Source: Escherichia coli
GTDB lineage: Bacteria > Pseudomonadota > Gammaproteobacteria > Enterobacterales > Enterobacteriaceae
Assembly: GCF_024223415.1 (NCBI RefSeq)
Contig: NZ_CP100500.1
Strand: one strand, 5' to 3'
DNA length: 64,000 nt
The notes under the pieces are model-generated. The model did not search any database. It saw only the letters and a list, made by a program, of their open reading frames with translations, and was not told where the DNA came from. Below, one piece after another: positions 22,077-34,700 of the stretch (position 1 is the first letter of the stretch; each line of letters opens with the position of its first letter). The position numbers and the translations under genes were made by a program.

Positions 22077-22173
22077 AAAATAATCTCGGTGTGAGATGCT
22101 TTACGTCTTCCAAGCCCCCTTCCTTGCCGTAAATGGAAAGATACATCTAATTATAGAATTTATATGTTTTACC

Positions 22174-22749
22174 CTACGGCAGTGCTGGCCATTCAATATC
22201 CTGTGCAGTTGACGTATCAACACGGTTCAGCAACACCCGATACTTTTTCCAGGCTTCCAGCAATGAGGTTTCTTCCTCCGTTGCGATTTCCAGATCTACA
22301 GCATCCTGAAGTGGCGCAATATGCTCACTGGCTACCTGCATCAGGCTGTTTTTTGTTTCTTCCGCCTCCCGGATCCGGAACAGTTTTTCTGCTTCTGCAT
22401 CTTTCACCCAGGCTGTGCCGTTCCACTTCTGAAACTCCCCTTCCGGCGATAACCAGGTAACATTTTCCGGTAACGGACCGAGTTCAGAAATAAATAACGC
22501 GTCCCCTGACGCTACGTCATAAACCGTTTTACCCCGATGGTCTTCATCGAGATGCCACGATGCCTTATCACTGTTGAAAACAGCCACAAAGCCAGCAGGA
22601 ATATCTGGTGGTGCAATATCGGTACTGTTTGCTGGCAGACCTGTATGAGGCGGAATATATGCGTCACCTTCACCAATAAATTCATTAGTTCCGGCCAGCA
22701 GATTATAAATTTTTATGGTCCGTGGTTGTTCACTCATTCTGAATGCCAT
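22174..22749 (-). CDS. tfaQ: Tail fibre assembly protein (TfaQ/TfaR-like), 191 aa
   Basis: Recognised Tfa sequence; start overlaps the stop of the upstream fibre gene. Confidence 0.9.
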   Translation of the reverse strand: MAFRMSEQPRTIKIYNLLAGTNEFIGEGDAYIPPHTGLPANSTDIAPPDIPAGFVAVFNSDKASWHLDEDHRGKTVYDVASGDALFISELGPLPENVTWLSPEGEFQKWNGTAWVKDAEAEKLFRIREAEETKNSLMQVASEHIAPLQDAVDLEIATEEETSLLEAWKKYRVLLNRVDTSTAQDIEWPALP

Positions 22750-25247
22750 TATGCAAGCCTCACAATATAGTTAAATGCGATGTTTTTGACGGTGTTTTCC
22801 GCGTTACCAGCAGCGTTAACGGTGATGGTGTGTCCATGTGAGCCAATCGCAACGGAGTGCGTATGAGCACCAATACCGACAGTATGTGCGTGTGCACCTG
22901 CAGATGCTGCGGTGCCGGACAGTGAGTGGCTATGATTACCATCTGTACTGGTATTAGCTAACGCCCCCGTAGACATACCTACTGAGCCTTGTACACCCCA
23001 AGTATTTTGACCTGAGCTTGTATAACCATATTGATAAGTATCTTTAAAAACACTGGGGTTAAATCGACGGCCATCTCTATGGCTGTGATTACCAGCTGCA
23101 TTCGTGCTGCCACTTAAACTATGGGTATGCGCACCAGTGTTATTCGTAGATTTAGTGCCGTAATCAAACGACGATGTGGTTTTCGTCCCCAAATCCGTAC
23201 TGGATGCGCTGGCGCTGTGGGTATGCGATTTAATGCCGTCCTGTTCCTGAGACAATACGGCCCGACCACTGGCAGGTTTGCCCTTAATCGTCCAGCCACG
23301 CATATCAGGGATCACGCCTGACGGATAAGCCGCTGCAAGTTTCGGGTATGCAGATTTGTCAAAAGCCTGCCCCTGCATCAGGGCATAGCCAGACGGAACG
23401 GTATCTGATGGCCACGGGATTGGTGCGCCAGGCGGATAAAACTGCTCTGATGGCGTATAGAGTGAATAAACTGTACCGTCCGTTAACCCTTCCGGCTTAT
23501 TAGCAGAATATGCTGGTGACGTATGAATCGTCACGCTGGCATTACTGGTATAATCCCATTGAATATTTACACCAGTCGCATAATTTCCGATTGCAACGTA
23601 AATATCGTAAGTATCACCAGATGTATTAACCCAGGCAAAATTTGTAAACCCTGTCAATGTGCGCTGCCATAAAGCACCAGTAATCCCCTTCGGATTACCA
23701 TTACCTGCACGTAAAACAAGTTCAGATATACCTGCCTGTTGAGGTGACCCCACGTTAAATCCAGCGCCACCAATCAACGTAATTGAAACAACAGAACTCG
23801 CCTGTGGCATGGTTACCGTTGCTAATTTGAACCAACCAGCACCACCGCTGAATGACATTGTTGTTGAGTTAAGCGTACCAATATCTTTCGACGTCAGTGT
23901 TATATCCGCTGAAAGCGCCTTACCATTCACCTTACGGGCAGAAGGTACCCGACCATTCGCATTGTCATTAGCTGCTTTCACTGCTTTCGGTGTCGCAGCA
24001 AGCGTTTCAGATGTGCTGTTGGTTGCACTACTGAGCTGGACAATTCCTTTTTGTGCTGTCGTAGCGTCCTGTGCGGTGTATTTCCCGTTAGCCAGGTCAT
24101 ACGCGGCCTTAACGGCTTTTGGCGTTGCCGCCTGTGACTCGGAAGTGCTGTTAGTCGCACTGCTGAGCTGAACTATCCCTTTCTGTCCTGTCGTTGCATC
24201 CTGTGCGGTGTATTTCCCGTTAGCCAGGTCATACGCGGCCTTAACGGCTTTTGGCGTTGCCGCCTGTGACTCGGAAGTGCTGTTGGTCGCACTGCTGAGC
24301 TGTACTACCCCCTTTTTCGTCGTGCTCGCATCCTCAAGCGCCACGGCGGATGCAATATCCTCTGCACGTTTTGCCGCTGTCTCAGCGCGCGTTGCTGCGG
24401 ATTCTGCCGTACTTTTGCTCTGTGCTGCCGCTGCCGCACTGCCAGCAGCCTCTGTCGCCTTCGTGGATGCCGTCGTGGCGCTGCCCCTCGCTGCTGACGC
24501 CTGTCTGGTCGCCTCATCTTTTGAAGCCGACGCATCCCTGGCTGAGGAGGCAGCTTCTGACGCTTTCGTGGTCGCGGTGGATGCAGAAGTGGCGGCTGAT
24601 TGTTGTGACGCTGCCGCATTCGTTTCTGACGTTTTTGCCGCACCGGCACTGGTGGCCGCCGCGCTTTTTGAGGACTCTGCAGCGGCAGCACTTTTTAATG
24701 CTTCAGTGGCCTTTGCTGATGCCATTCCTGCGCTGGAAGACGCTGACTGAGCCGACGACGCGGCCTGTCCGGCTGACGAGCTGGCTGCGCGTGCTGAGTC
24801 TGCAGCATCAGTCGTATGGGTTGCCGCCTCACGGGCAGATGTGCCGGCATCGCTGGCTGACTTCTTTGCGGCTGCCGTGTTCTGTGCCACTGCGGACGCG
24901 TTACGCGCCACCTCTTCCACCATCAGCTCAAAACGGCGCAGTGCCTCCGGACGGGCATCATCCTCCGTCATGGCACCGAGAAAATCATTCAGCGTACCGG
25001 GTTGAGAATCTTCATACACGGTGATGGTCCCGGCATGTGACGGCGGGAATCCTTCCACCAACAGAATAACGCTGTACTGACCGTACTCAACGTCCATGCT
25101 GTAACGCCCGGCTTCATCCGGATTTTCTGAGGCCAGCGTGTTCACCACCACCGTGGTGCTGTTACGTTTTGCTTTCAGCTGGATTGTGCAGTTCTGTACC
25201 GGTTTTCCTGTGCCGTCTTTCAGTACACCTGAAATCTTTACTGCCAT
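22749..25247 (-). CDS. stf: Side tail fibre protein (Stf), about 832 aa, with three 44-aa tandem repeats
   Basis: Lambda Stf-like N-terminus ([17 protein letters not shown]); Ala/Ser-rich coiled region; C-terminal His/Gly-rich fibre tip. Confidence 0.9.
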   Translation of the reverse strand: MAVKISGVLKDGTGKPVQNCTIQLKAKRNSTTVVVNTLASENPDEAGRYSMDVEYGQYSVILLVEGFPPSHAGTITVYEDSQPGTLNDFLGAMTEDDARPEALRRFELMVEEVARNASAVAQNTAAAKKSASDAGTSAREAATHTTDAADSARAASSSAGQAASSAQSASSSAGMASAKATEALKSAAAAESSKSAAATSAGAAKTSETNAAASQQSAATSASTATTKASEAASSARDASASKDEATRQASAARGSATTASTKATEAAGSAAAAAQSKSTAESAATRAETAAKRAEDIASAVALEDASTTKKGVVQLSSATNSTSESQAATPKAVKAAYDLANGKYTAQDATTGQKGIVQLSSATNSTSESQAATPKAVKAAYDLANGKYTAQDATTAQKGIVQLSSATNSTSETLAATPKAVKAANDNANGRVPSARKVNGKALSADITLTSKDIGTLNSTTMSFSGGAGWFKLATVTMPQASSVVSITLIGGAGFNVGSPQQAGISELVLRAGNGNPKGITGALWQRTLTGFTNFAWVNTSGDTYDIYVAIGNYATGVNIQWDYTSNASVTIHTSPAYSANKPEGLTDGTVYSLYTPSEQFYPPGAPIPWPSDTVPSGYALMQGQAFDKSAYPKLAAAYPSGVIPDMRGWTIKGKPASGRAVLSQEQDGIKSHTHSASASSTDLGTKTTSSFDYGTKSTNNTGAHTHSLSGSTNAAGNHSHRDGRRFNPSVFKDTYQYGYTSSGQNTWGVQGSVGMSTGALANTSTDGNHSHSLSGTAASAGAHAHTVGIGAHTHSVAIGSHGHTITVNAAGNAENTVKNIAFNYIVRLA
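23945..24335. repeat. Three tandem copies of a 132-bp unit inside stf
   Basis: Near-identical DNA repeats with period 132 bp, encoding repeated [16 protein letters not shown](S/T)[26 protein letters not shown]. Confidence 0.8.
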
Positions 25248-25311
25248 ATTCACCCCACAAAAAAGCCCGCCTGAACCGGCGGGCTGTCATAACACTGTGT
25301 TACCTGGCTAA

Positions 25312-25911
25312 TCAGAACTTATAACCGACACCCATGATGAAACCGTCAGTGCGCCAGTCGCCACTGCCGGAGCCTTCATAAGCAATATCAATGGCCACGG
25401 ATTCGGTCGGGTTAAACTGCACGCCAGCTCCCCACGCCAGAGACGTGTTGCTGTGGCGACCGTCATCACTTCCGGTCAGCACGTCGTGCGTTTTCCCCTT
25501 GTTGTCAGTTACGCGGAGATAATCCCCGGAGAAAGTCGACACACGGCTGTAAGCCACACCCGCCATCGCATACGCGCTGAACCATTCATTCACGCGCACA
25601 GACGGCCCCGCCATCACGCTGAACCAGCGGTTACGAACGGAATCTTCATGCCAGCGGGTATCGCTGTAACGGGTCAGCTGGCGATTCTTGTCTCCTGCAT
25701 AGCTGAATGACGTCACCAGCCCCAGTATGTCCGTAAACTCATAACGGTATTTCACGTTAATCCCGTTCAGATCATCGCTGCCGGGAACGTTCGTCGAGGC
25801 ATGAAGATACCCCGCGCTCAGCGTGGACTGATGTTCAGACGCCCATGCAGGCGCACCGGATACGGCCAGACAAATGGCTGCGGACAAAATGGCTGCACAA
25901 ACTTTACGCAT
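25312..25911 (-). CDS. lom: Lom/Ail-family outer-membrane beta-barrel protein, 199 aa
   Basis: Signal peptide, alternating beta-strand pattern, C-terminal aromatic residue; lambda lom position after J. Confidence 0.9.
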   Translation of the reverse strand: MRKVCAAILSAAICLAVSGAPAWASEHQSTLSAGYLHASTNVPGSDDLNGINVKYRYEFTDILGLVTSFSYAGDKNRQLTRYSDTRWHEDSVRNRWFSVMAGPSVRVNEWFSAYAMAGVAYSRVSTFSGDYLRVTDNKGKTHDVLTGSDDGRHSNTSLAWGAGVQFNPTESVAIDIAYEGSGSGDWRTDGFIMGVGYKF

Positions 25912-25981
25912 AATTACCTCTCGCTTTTCTGCAATAAAAAAGGCGTCATTCCTGACGCCATTTATTGGGGTTATAAATATT

Positions 25982-28900
25982 TCAACGAATACTGATGCCG
26001 GAAGCCGCTTTTTTGGTCACAATCACCGTACAGTCGGTGATATTGCCTGCCCCCTGATTGCCTTTCTGGAAAATCTTAAACTCCAGAGTGACGCTACCAC
26101 CACCACTAGGCATATCAATAACTGCACTGTAACTACCGGGAATGGCCCCTTTAGTTTCTCTGGATGCGATTAATACGCCGTTTTTGCGAACTTCAAAACC
26201 ATAACCCGTGTATCGCGTGCCTCCTGGGTTATTTCCGCTCCCCGGATCGTCATACGCTATACCGTTAAAAATAATGGGCGGAATAATAATCTGGCGGTCA
26301 AAGTTATGATCATCGCTGATGGTGACTGTAACCGTACCGTTTGGTGTTTCCGTGTTACCCCACGTACCGACTTTTTTCGGGAAGGCTTTTGATACAGCTT
26401 TAACGAAATCTCCTCTGACCTGGGTCGCCTCCAGCATGCCCTTAATCGTACAGTTCTGGTTAATCGTGACATTGTTGAGCGTTCCTGAGTTCGCATTCAC
26501 ACTACCACTGATATCCGCATTTTTAGCGGTCAGCTTTCCGTCTGATGTCAGGGAAAATACCGGAGGACTGCCACCGCTGGTAATGGTGGGGGCTGTCAGG
26601 CGCTTCAGGAACACGTCGTTCATGAATATCTGGTTGCCCTGCGCCACAAACATCGGCGTTTCATTCCCGTTTGCCGGGTCAATAAACGCGATACGATTGG
26701 CGGCAACCAGAAACTGGCTCAGCTTGCCTTCCTCCGTGTCCTCCATGCTGAGGCCAATACCCGCGACATAATGTTTGCCGTCTTTGGTCTGCTCAATTTT
26801 GACGCCCCACATGGCATTCCATTTATCACTGGCGTCTTTCCACTCTTTCGAAAACTCCTCCAGTCTGCTGGCGTTATCCTCCGTCAGGTCGACTTTTTCC
26901 AGCAGCTCCTGGCCGAGATGGGATTCGGTTATCTTGCCTTTGAAAAAATCCAGGTAACCTTCCGCATCATCGCTCGCCCGACCGACGGCCTCCACGAATG
27001 CCGATTTGCCAACGGTGTTCACACTGCGGATATAAAAGTAATAATCATGGCCCGGTTTGATATTGATACTGGCGGCTATCCAGTACAGCCCCGTGCCAAG
27101 GTAGCGGGCTGTGGTTTCAACCTGCCTGATATCGGTAATCCGCGTTTCCGAGAACCAGAACTCAAACTGTACCGTCGGATCATAAACCGCAAGATGCGGC
27201 GTGGCAGTTATCTGAAAATAGCCCGGCGTCAGCTCAATCCGCGACGGCGCTGCCGGGGCGGCAATCCGGAACGATACCGACGCCGGATCGCCCTGCTGTC
27301 CCCGGGCATTTACCGCCCGGACCGTCAGCGTGTAACGCCCCAGCGCCAGTTGCCTGAAGCGGTAAGTGGTTTCCGTCGTCCGGGCCGTGCTGACCAGCCG
27401 CTCACTGCCGTCATCCGCGGCCACGGTCAGGCGAAGCAGGAAGCTCACGCCCTTCACCACCTTCGGCGTGTCCCAGCGCGCCAGCACCTGATATTCCCCG
27501 CTGTCTGCGGTGACTTCTGCGGTCAGGTGCTGTACTGCTGGCGGCGTGACACCATTCACCGTTCCGCTCTGGTCGCCGTCAAAGTGCGCCCCGTTATCCA
27601 CGATGGCCTCTTTTTCCGGTACATGCTGCACGGCAGTGATGGCATACGTGCCGTCGTCGTTCTCACGGATACTCACGCAGCGGAACAGGCGCTGGCGCAG
27701 CGTCGGCAGCTTCAGCCCCCACACGCTGTACTCGGCAACGCCGTCAGGAACCCGGCTCACTTTCACCTTCACGCCGTCGGTGACGGACTGAACCTCCACG
27801 CTGACCGGATTGCCACTTCCGTCAACCAGACTTATCAGCGTGGTACCGGAGGATGGCAGCGTGATTTCACGGTCGAGCGTCAGCGTCCGGGTCTGGCTGT
27901 TCACCGCCAGCACACGACCACCGGTGCTGATACCGGCATAGTCATCATCACAGATTTCAATGACATCGCCCGGTACATGGCGAAGCCCTTCAGCACCCAC
28001 GCTGAAGTCCACGGTCTGCGTCTCCAGCAGCTCCGTTTTAATCAGCCACAGCCCGGCGCGGTGTGCCTGCCCCCGGCTGGTACAGCCAAAGGCATCCATC
28101 TTCGTGACGTTACGACCGTAACGGGCAATGGCCTGCGTGTCCTCCACAAGCTCTGTCGCCGTCTCCTGGCCGTTATTCGGGTCACTCCAGTTCACCTCAA
28201 CGGCATTATGGCGGTCCTTCAGGGCGCTGAAGCTGTAGCGGAACGGCGCGCCATCATCCGGCATCACCACATTACTGCGGTTATAGGTCCACACCTTATC
28301 CGACGGTCGGTCCTGCACGAACGTCAGCGTCTGCCCGTTCCATACCGGCATACAGCGCATCGCCGAGCAGAAATCACTGAGCACATCCCACGCCTTACGC
28401 TGCCTGGTCAGCCAGGCATTACAGGTGATGCGCGGCTCCGTGCCACCAAAGCCGTCCGGCACTGACTGGTCGCAGTACTGGCCGATGACATACAGCGCCC
28501 ATTTATCCACATCCGCCGCACCAAGACGTTTCCCCATGCCGTAGCGCGGATGGGTCAGCATATCCCACAGACACCAGGCCGGGTTGTTGCTGTATGCCGG
28601 TTTAAACGTTCCGTCCCAGATACCGCTGTATTGCCGCGTCTGCGGGTTATAATTCGACGGCACCTGCAGAATACGCCCGCGAAGATGATAATTACGGCTC
28701 ACCTGCTGGCTGCCGAACTGCTCCGAATCCACCTGCACACCGACCAGTGCCGTGTTCGGGTAGCACTGTTTCACATCGATGATTTCGGTGTATGACGACC
28801 AGAGCGTTTTGTTCTGCAGCTGGTCTGTGGTGCTGTCCGGCGTCATCCTGCGCATCCGGATACTGAACGGGCGCGGCGGCAGGTTACCCACCACCACCGG

Positions 28901-29395
28901 GGCCAGATACTGCGAGGTGGTTTTGCCCTTAATGGTGATGTCTTTTTCCGTTAACCAGCGACCGTTACGCTGTATCTGAACCAGCAGGCGGACTTCCGAC
29001 GGATTCCGGTCCCCCTTTGAGGTGGTTTCCACCAGTGCCTGCACACCGAAGGTCAGGCGCAGACGGTCGATGTTTGCCGACGTGATGGTCCGGGTAATCG
29101 GCGTGTCGTACTTCACTTCCGTACCCAGCACCGTCTCGGAGCCGGAGGATTCAAATCCCTCCGGCGGTGTCTGCTCCTGCTCACCTGCCCGGAAAACCAC
29201 CGTGACACCGGAGATATTGGTATTCCCCTCACTGTCCAGCACCGGCGTACTGTTCAGCAGCACACTTTTTAATCCGTCCACCGGACCTTCAACCGGCCCT
29301 TCACTGATGGCGTCTATCACGCTCAGCATCTGGGATGATTTCAGGTTGTCCTTCGCTTCGCGCGGGGTATGCCCCTTACTGCTGCCTTTACCCAT
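25982..29395 (-). CDS. J: Tail tip host-specificity protein J, 1137 aa
   Basis: N-terminus [20 protein letters not shown] as in lambda gpJ; length and position. Confidence 0.95.
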   Translation of the reverse strand: MGKGSSKGHTPREAKDNLKSSQMLSVIDAISEGPVEGPVDGLKSVLLNSTPVLDSEGNTNISGVTVVFRAGEQEQTPPEGFESSGSETVLGTEVKYDTPITRTITSANIDRLRLTFGVQALVETTSKGDRNPSEVRLLVQIQRNGRWLTEKDITIKGKTTSQYLAPVVVGNLPPRPFSIRMRRMTPDSTTDQLQNKTLWSSYTEIIDVKQCYPNTALVGVQVDSEQFGSQQVSRNYHLRGRILQVPSNYNPQTRQYSGIWDGTFKPAYSNNPAWCLWDMLTHPRYGMGKRLGAADVDKWALYVIGQYCDQSVPDGFGGTEPRITCNAWLTRQRKAWDVLSDFCSAMRCMPVWNGQTLTFVQDRPSDKVWTYNRSNVVMPDDGAPFRYSFSALKDRHNAVEVNWSDPNNGQETATELVEDTQAIARYGRNVTKMDAFGCTSRGQAHRAGLWLIKTELLETQTVDFSVGAEGLRHVPGDVIEICDDDYAGISTGGRVLAVNSQTRTLTLDREITLPSSGTTLISLVDGSGNPVSVEVQSVTDGVKVKVSRVPDGVAEYSVWGLKLPTLRQRLFRCVSIRENDDGTYAITAVQHVPEKEAIVDNGAHFDGDQSGTVNGVTPPAVQHLTAEVTADSGEYQVLARWDTPKVVKGVSFLLRLTVAADDGSERLVSTARTTETTYRFRQLALGRYTLTVRAVNARGQQGDPASVSFRIAAPAAPSRIELTPGYFQITATPHLAVYDPTVQFEFWFSETRITDIRQVETTARYLGTGLYWIAASINIKPGHDYYFYIRSVNTVGKSAFVEAVGRASDDAEGYLDFFKGKITESHLGQELLEKVDLTEDNASRLEEFSKEWKDASDKWNAMWGVKIEQTKDGKHYVAGIGLSMEDTEEGKLSQFLVAANRIAFIDPANGNETPMFVAQGNQIFMNDVFLKRLTAPTITSGGSPPVFSLTSDGKLTAKNADISGSVNANSGTLNNVTINQNCTIKGMLEATQVRGDFVKAVSKAFPKKVGTWGNTETPNGTVTVTISDDHNFDRQIIIPPIIFNGIAYDDPGSGNNPGGTRYTGYGFEVRKNGVLIASRETKGAIPGSYSAVIDMPSGGGSVTLEFKIFQKGNQGAGNITDCTVIVTKKAASGISIR

Positions 29396-29455
29396 TCCTC
29401 ACGCTCCAGAAACGACAAAACCGCCCTGAGGCGGTTTCACATAAAACGTTTTTCA

Positions 29456-30103
29456 TCAACGACCAATCACCACAACCTGACCACCGTCCCCCTCGTCTGC
29501 CGTGCTGATCTCCTGAGAAGCCACCCGCGACCCCACGCGCATTTCACCGTACAGAACCGGCAGAACATTGCCCTGAGCAACCATGTTATCCAGTGAGGAG
29601 AAATAGGTGTTCTGTTTGCCGTTATCTGTACTGGCTGCCGTGGGCGTCCTGGCTTTCGGTGCCAGCATCTGCGCCACACCGCCCAGGATCATACTGGCCC
29701 CTGCCGCATACATGCCCGATACAGCCGCGGCACCCAGCCAGCCCACAGGGTTCCACCATGCCACCGCAATCAACGCCGCCCCCAGCACCACCTGAAATAC
29801 ACCGCCACTTTTAGCCCCCGCCAGACGCGGCACGATATGGATCACGGCACCATTTGCCAGCGGCTCATTAAGACGGGCAGATAATTCGGTTTCACCTGCA
29901 TCACGCCCGGCAATGCGCACCTGATACCAGCCATCATTCAGTTTCTGACGAAACGCCGGGACCTGTGTGGACAGCGCCCGGATGGCTTCAGCCCCCGTTT
30001 TCACACGAAGGTCGATGCGGCGGCCAAATCGTTGTAAATCCCCGTAAAGGCAGATGCGTGCCATGCCCGGTGACGCCAGAGGGAGTGTGTGCGTCGCTGC
30101 CAT
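29456..30103 (-). CDS. I: Tail assembly protein I, 215 aa
   Basis: MAATHTLPLASPGMARICLYGDLQRFG as in lambda gpI. Confidence 0.9.
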   Translation of the reverse strand: MAATHTLPLASPGMARICLYGDLQRFGRRIDLRVKTGAEAIRALSTQVPAFRQKLNDGWYQVRIAGRDAGETELSARLNEPLANGAVIHIVPRLAGAKSGGVFQVVLGAALIAVAWWNPVGWLGAAAVSGMYAAGASMILGGVAQMLAPKARTPTAASTDNGKQNTYFSSLDNMVAQGNVLPVLYGEMRVGSRVASQEISTADEGDGGQVVVIGR

Positions 30104-30744
30104 TTGTCGGTATACCTCTCTCGTTTACTCAGTTGTTCAGGAATATGGTGCAGCAGCTCGCCGTCACCACAGTAAATAGCGGCATGATTCGGCACCGATG
30201 AACCAAAACAGCACAGCAGCACATCGCCCGGCTGCGCCGCTGACAACGGCACCTGATATAGCCCCGTTGCCTCCAGATTATCCAGATAGAGATTCTGACC
30301 GTGACGCCACCAGTCATCCTCACGATGAAAATCCGGCATCTCAATCCCCGCCAGATGGTAAGCATCCCGGAACAGCGTGTAACAGTCCGTCACCCCGTGC
30401 TCAAAGCGCCGCCCGGTGAGATGCGGCACACAGCGGAATTTATGAATCTCACCCCGGCAGACCAGCCACCACGGCAAATCACTCTGCACCTGCAGCCGCC
30501 GGTCGGCCTCACTCAGCCAGGGCAGACCACCGGGGTGGCTGTGGACCAGCGCCACAATCTCACCCTGCATCTCTGCCCGCAGCCAGTCCTCCGGCGACAT
30601 CCGGAAATACGCCTCCGGCTCACCGGAGATATTCACGCAGGGAAAATATCTTTCCCCCTCCGGTGTTCTCACCACGAAGCCGCACGACTCCGCTGGCGCA
30701 CATCGCCGGGCGTGCGCCAGAATCGCTGATTCTGTCTGTGTCAT
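30001..30744 (-). CDS. K: Tail assembly protein K (MPN/JAB plus NlpC/P60 domains), 247 aa
   Basis: Start at MTQTESAILAHARRCAPAESCGF; HSHPGG JAMM-like motif. Confidence 0.9.
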   Translation of the reverse strand: MTQTESAILAHARRCAPAESCGFVVRTPEGERYFPCVNISGEPEAYFRMSPEDWLRAEMQGEIVALVHSHPGGLPWLSEADRRLQVQSDLPWWLVCRGEIHKFRCVPHLTGRRFEHGVTDCYTLFRDAYHLAGIEMPDFHREDDWWRHGQNLYLDNLEATGLYQVPLSAAQPGDVLLCCFGSSVPNHAAIYCGDGELLHHIPEQLSKRERYTDKWQRRTHSLWRHRAWHASAFTGIYNDLAAASTFV

Positions 30745-30748
30745 GGGA

Positions 30749-31447
30749 TTACTGCGAAAGTTTGTTAATGGAAAGGAAGCCGCCAAAGTTGCCGACGTTA
30801 TTGCGAAACTTACAACCACTCAGGCATTTGCTGCATTTATCCTTCGTGATATCGGACGTCGGCTGGTCATATTCATCAGCGACAGCCGGACCGCTATAAC
30901 CGCACTCATCACCGCGATAGGTCCAGGTGCAGGTGTTGGCCAGCATGATGCGCCCCGGAAAAACAGCACCATCCGTTTCCGTCGGTGTGGAGAGCACAAA
31001 GGAGGCACTGACCGCACTCAGTTCGCTGCACTGCTCGATGCGCCAGCGGCTGATCACCTCCTGCTCCGGATCGGCGTCACTGTTTCCGTTGACGAAGTTC
31101 ACCGCATCCAGAAAACGGGCGTAAACCTTACGCCGGACCACCGTTCCTCCGACCAGACTCTGCAGGTCTTCCGCCATCCCGGTGACCATGCCGTGCAGGT
31201 TAGAAACCGTCAGTGTCGGACGGGCAGCACTGCCTTTGCCGTTCAGTTCAAATCCCGTCCCCTGAATGGGATACGCCTGATACTGTCGCCTCTGCCAGGT
31301 GACCGGCTCACCTTTATCGTTCTGCTCATTACAGAAAAAATAACGTTCTCCACCGACCACTGTCAGATCGATTTCCCAGAGCACCACCTGGGCTGACTGA
31401 GTGAGGCGTGTCGTCTCATGATGTGTTTCCTGTGGAATATCCTGCAT
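30749..31447 (-). CDS. L: Minor tail protein L, 232 aa
   Basis: Lambda gpL-like sequence and length. Confidence 0.9.
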   Translation of the reverse strand: MQDIPQETHHETTRLTQSAQVVLWEIDLTVVGGERYFFCNEQNDKGEPVTWQRRQYQAYPIQGTGFELNGKGSAARPTLTVSNLHGMVTGMAEDLQSLVGGTVVRRKVYARFLDAVNFVNGNSDADPEQEVISRWRIEQCSELSAVSASFVLSTPTETDGAVFPGRIMLANTCTWTYRGDECGYSGPAVADEYDQPTSDITKDKCSKCLSGCKFRNNVGNFGGFLSINKLSQ

Positions 31448-31456
31448 CAGAGACTC

Positions 31457-31786
31457 CTATGCCACGACCTGTTCAAAATCTGCCGTTATGGTTACCCACA
31501 ACGCCCCCACGCTTGCCGACCATTTACGACAAACCACCCTGATCGGCTTCCAGTCATAAGGTGGCGTCCACTGAAATGCGCGGACGCCACCGTGCCGTTC
31601 CAGAAAGGCTTTTAAAGATGGGTGTTCACATTTACGAACACGTATCGTCACGCTGTAAATCGACAACTGGTTATTCAGTCCCGCCGCACGACGCTGTTCA
31701 TAACCATCGCCCAGCTTCACTGTCACCACTTTCGGCTCTGATACCACATTCATATCCGGGCGCACTTTCCAGTGAAACGTCTCCAT
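31457..31786 (-). CDS. M: Minor tail protein M, 109 aa
   Basis: Lambda gpM-like sequence and length. Confidence 0.9.
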   Translation of the reverse strand: METFHWKVRPDMNVVSEPKVVTVKLGDGYEQRRAAGLNNQLSIYSVTIRVRKCEHPSLKAFLERHGGVRAFQWTPPYDWKPIRVVCRKWSASVGALWVTITADFEQVVA

Positions 31787-34700
31787 TACCGATATGCTCC
31801 ACTTAACCGACCACCATCACGGGCCTGCTGTTGCATAAAGTCCGCTGCCGCTTTTTTCCCAAGGTCATAAACCACCTTCAGGGCAGCCGGACCTATCTGC
31901 CCGTTCGTGCCATCGTTATTGATCTCGATGTTGTACTGCGGGGCAAACATCGCCATACCTGAACCACCAATATCCGCCACAACCCCCAGCTTACCGTCAG
32001 CACCACGACGCAGTGGCAGAATGGCTTCAGGTCCAGCTTCCCCCATCACACCCGCGCCTTTTGCAAAAGCAAAAAACGTCGGACGGTTAACCACCGTGCC
32101 ACTGTAACGACTCAAATCAGCAGACTGATAAATCCCCCCATTGGCATTCAGGGAAAGGCTGCTGAGATCAAATCCCAGTACACTGCCAATCCCTTTTATC
32201 GATTTCATCATGGTTGCCTGCGCCAGGATTTTCGCCATATCTGACAGCACCGAAGAGGTGAAGGATTTGAAGTTGAGTTTGCCGGTAGTGACAAAAGTTG
32301 CCAGGCCATTTCCCATGTTGCTGAAGGCTGATGAGAACACCTGTTCTGCTGTTCCTGCCGTATTGTCTGCATCCACGGTAAAATCCTGAAATGCACGCAG
32401 GACTCCGTTTTTCCAGTTACCCTGCACAACTTCAAGCTGTTGCCAGTAACGGCGATTCTCATTCAGTTGTCGGTTCAGGCTCTCCGTCAGCGCCTGCTCG
32501 GCCTTTCTGTAGTCATCCGTGTTATATGTCCCTTTCTGCTCACTATCCCGCCTCAACTGCTCCAGCTGTTGCTGGTATTTCTGGCGAAGACTCAGTTGTA
32601 CCTGATATCGCTGCCGCTGCTGATCACCCATACCCACCGTGGCGATATCCAGGTCATGTTGCTGACGCTGAGCGCGCTCTTCTTCAGCCAGTTGACTGGT
32701 CAGCTGAATTGTTTTTTTCTTCAGATCGTTGAGTGCCGTTTGTTTCTGAAGCTCCTGCTGTTTTACATCCAGCAGCGTCAGTGCCTGAATCAGTTCATCT
32801 TTACGGGCCAGCACACTCTTTTCATCTGCCGTCAGTTTTTTCCCGTCCAGGTCGCTGATGCGCTGCTGCAGAGCCAGAAGCTGTTTATGCGCTTCTGTCA
32901 TCCTGTCAGTGGCAATGCCTGCTGACTGTCTGGCAGCAGCAATCTGCCCTTCCACCTGTGCCTGTTGCTGGCTGTACTGCAGCAATAACCGGGTGGCCTC
33001 ATCATTACGGGTTTCGCGTGTTTTTTTCTTACCGGATGCCAGGGCTTTCTCGTAACGTTCATTTTCACGTTGTATCGCCGCATCCCTGACAGCCTGATCG
33101 GCGTACTGCATGGCATTAATACGCGCAATTTCACGCTGATGTCGTGCTGCTTCCGTTTCATTCATCCGGTTCAGTGCAGCATTTTCAGCATTACGGCGTT
33201 TCTGTTGCTCCTGATAATTCCGCTCTGCCTGCTCTTTTGCATCCTGCAAATCCTTCTGGCGTTTTTTCTCCTGAAGCTCGTTAAGACGCTGCTGATCGTA
33301 TTCAACCTGAGAAGATGATGCCGTCCAGGGGAGTCTTTTCGCCCGCGATACTTTCTCCTGCAAAGTGGCAATCTGCGCATCCAGCGAATCTTCACGACCA
33401 ATATTCATGGCCGCATCCCAGAACTGCTTCCACCAGTCAGACAAGGTTTGCAGCGTACTACCCAGCGCATTGAGGTTATTATCAATATCCGCAGTACGCC
33501 GACCGGTTTCCTCTGCCAGTGCAGACATGGCTATCCGTGCCGCATCACTGGAGCGCCCCTGCTCTCCAAGGACGCGTATCTGCTCAAGCTGAGTGGCAGT
33601 AAGAAAATGCAGCTCATTGTCCAGAGCCTTCGCGGCATTTACAGGATCATCCTTCAGCCGCTTAAACTGATTTATGGTATCGCTGATCGACTGGCCAACC
33701 GATCGCTCCATCTGTGCGGCAGCTCTCGCCACCATACCGATATCGTTTCCACGAAATGCACCACTCCCCACCACCTGAGCCAGCGCACCGGCTGCAGCAT
33801 GTTGCGTGATACCATTCCCGGAAATAGCACGACTGAGCGTCCACAGCTGCCCGGCAGTGACTCCGGCATAATGCCCCGTCAGCGACAGCTGGCGGTTAAA
33901 TTCTTCCCCCTCCTTCTGACCGTCATACCAGGCTTTACCCAGACCATAGACGGCCGCGGTAATACCGCCAATAACCCCGCCCAGCATCATGCCTTTCGGT
34001 GACATCAGTGTGTCTATCCATCCGGCACGGTTAGCCAGCGTTATCCCGGATCCCCTCAGCGCCCCTAAATTGCCGCGGGCCAGTTCACCTATCAGAACGC
34101 CTATCTCCTGGCGGGCCGCTGCACTTTTCAGACCCAGCGAATGCGTGGCTTTTCCTGCCCGCTCCATTTTGCGGATATACACTTCTGCAGCACTGCTTAC
34201 CCCCAGCTGGGCAGCCCTGGCACGAAGCAACTCAGAAGAAGAAAGATTCTGGCGGGTTGCCTGCTCTTTAAGCTGACGGATAAACGCCACTTTCTGTCGG
34301 GTAGCCTCTGCCTCAGCCTGCGTAAGAACACGGGTTTTCGCCGTAACCTCAGAAATCAGCGCCAGATAATCCTGCTGACCAATCCCGCCACTGTTTCTGG
34401 CCTGTCGGATCTGCTGCTGAATACGCTGTAACTCCTGCAACCCCGCACTGGCCTGTTTCACACTGTCAATCTGACGATAAAACGCGGCAGCCGCTTTATC
34501 CTGAGCCTCCGCCAGAGCCATGGCCTGCGCCTGTTCCTCGCGCATTTTCTGGCTCAGCGCCTCCATGCGCTGGCGGGTTTTCTCCACCTCGCGGGCCATG
34601 CGTTCATGAGCCTGTGCGTTCTTCTCCACCGTCTGCGCATGGACGGATGCGGCTGTTGCAGCCGAAGAAGCCGCCTGCGTTGTCTGCCGGGCGGCCTGAG

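Noticed and set aside
22080-22173. Possible Pin crossover site in the pinQ-tfaQ intergenic region (TTCCTTGCCGTAAATGGAAAGATA)
   Set aside because: Only weak dyad symmetry and no match to the conserved gix/hix half-sites; no partner site found.
24208-25024. Plus-strand ORFs of 180 and 224 aa (Ala-rich, Arg/Pro-rich) inside the tail fibre gene
   Set aside because: Antisense and off-frame artefacts of the repetitive Ala/Ser-coding region of stf.
26771-28465. 564-aa plus-strand ORF antisense to tail gene J
   Set aside because: Lies entirely within the well-supported J gene on the opposite strand; Arg/Pro/His-rich low-complexity translation typical of antisense frames in GC-rich DNA; no SD or recognisable motifs.
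33448-34002. 184-aa plus-strand ORF and other 60-160-aa ORFs within the tape-measure gene H
   Set aside because: All antisense to a long conserved structural gene; no independent support.
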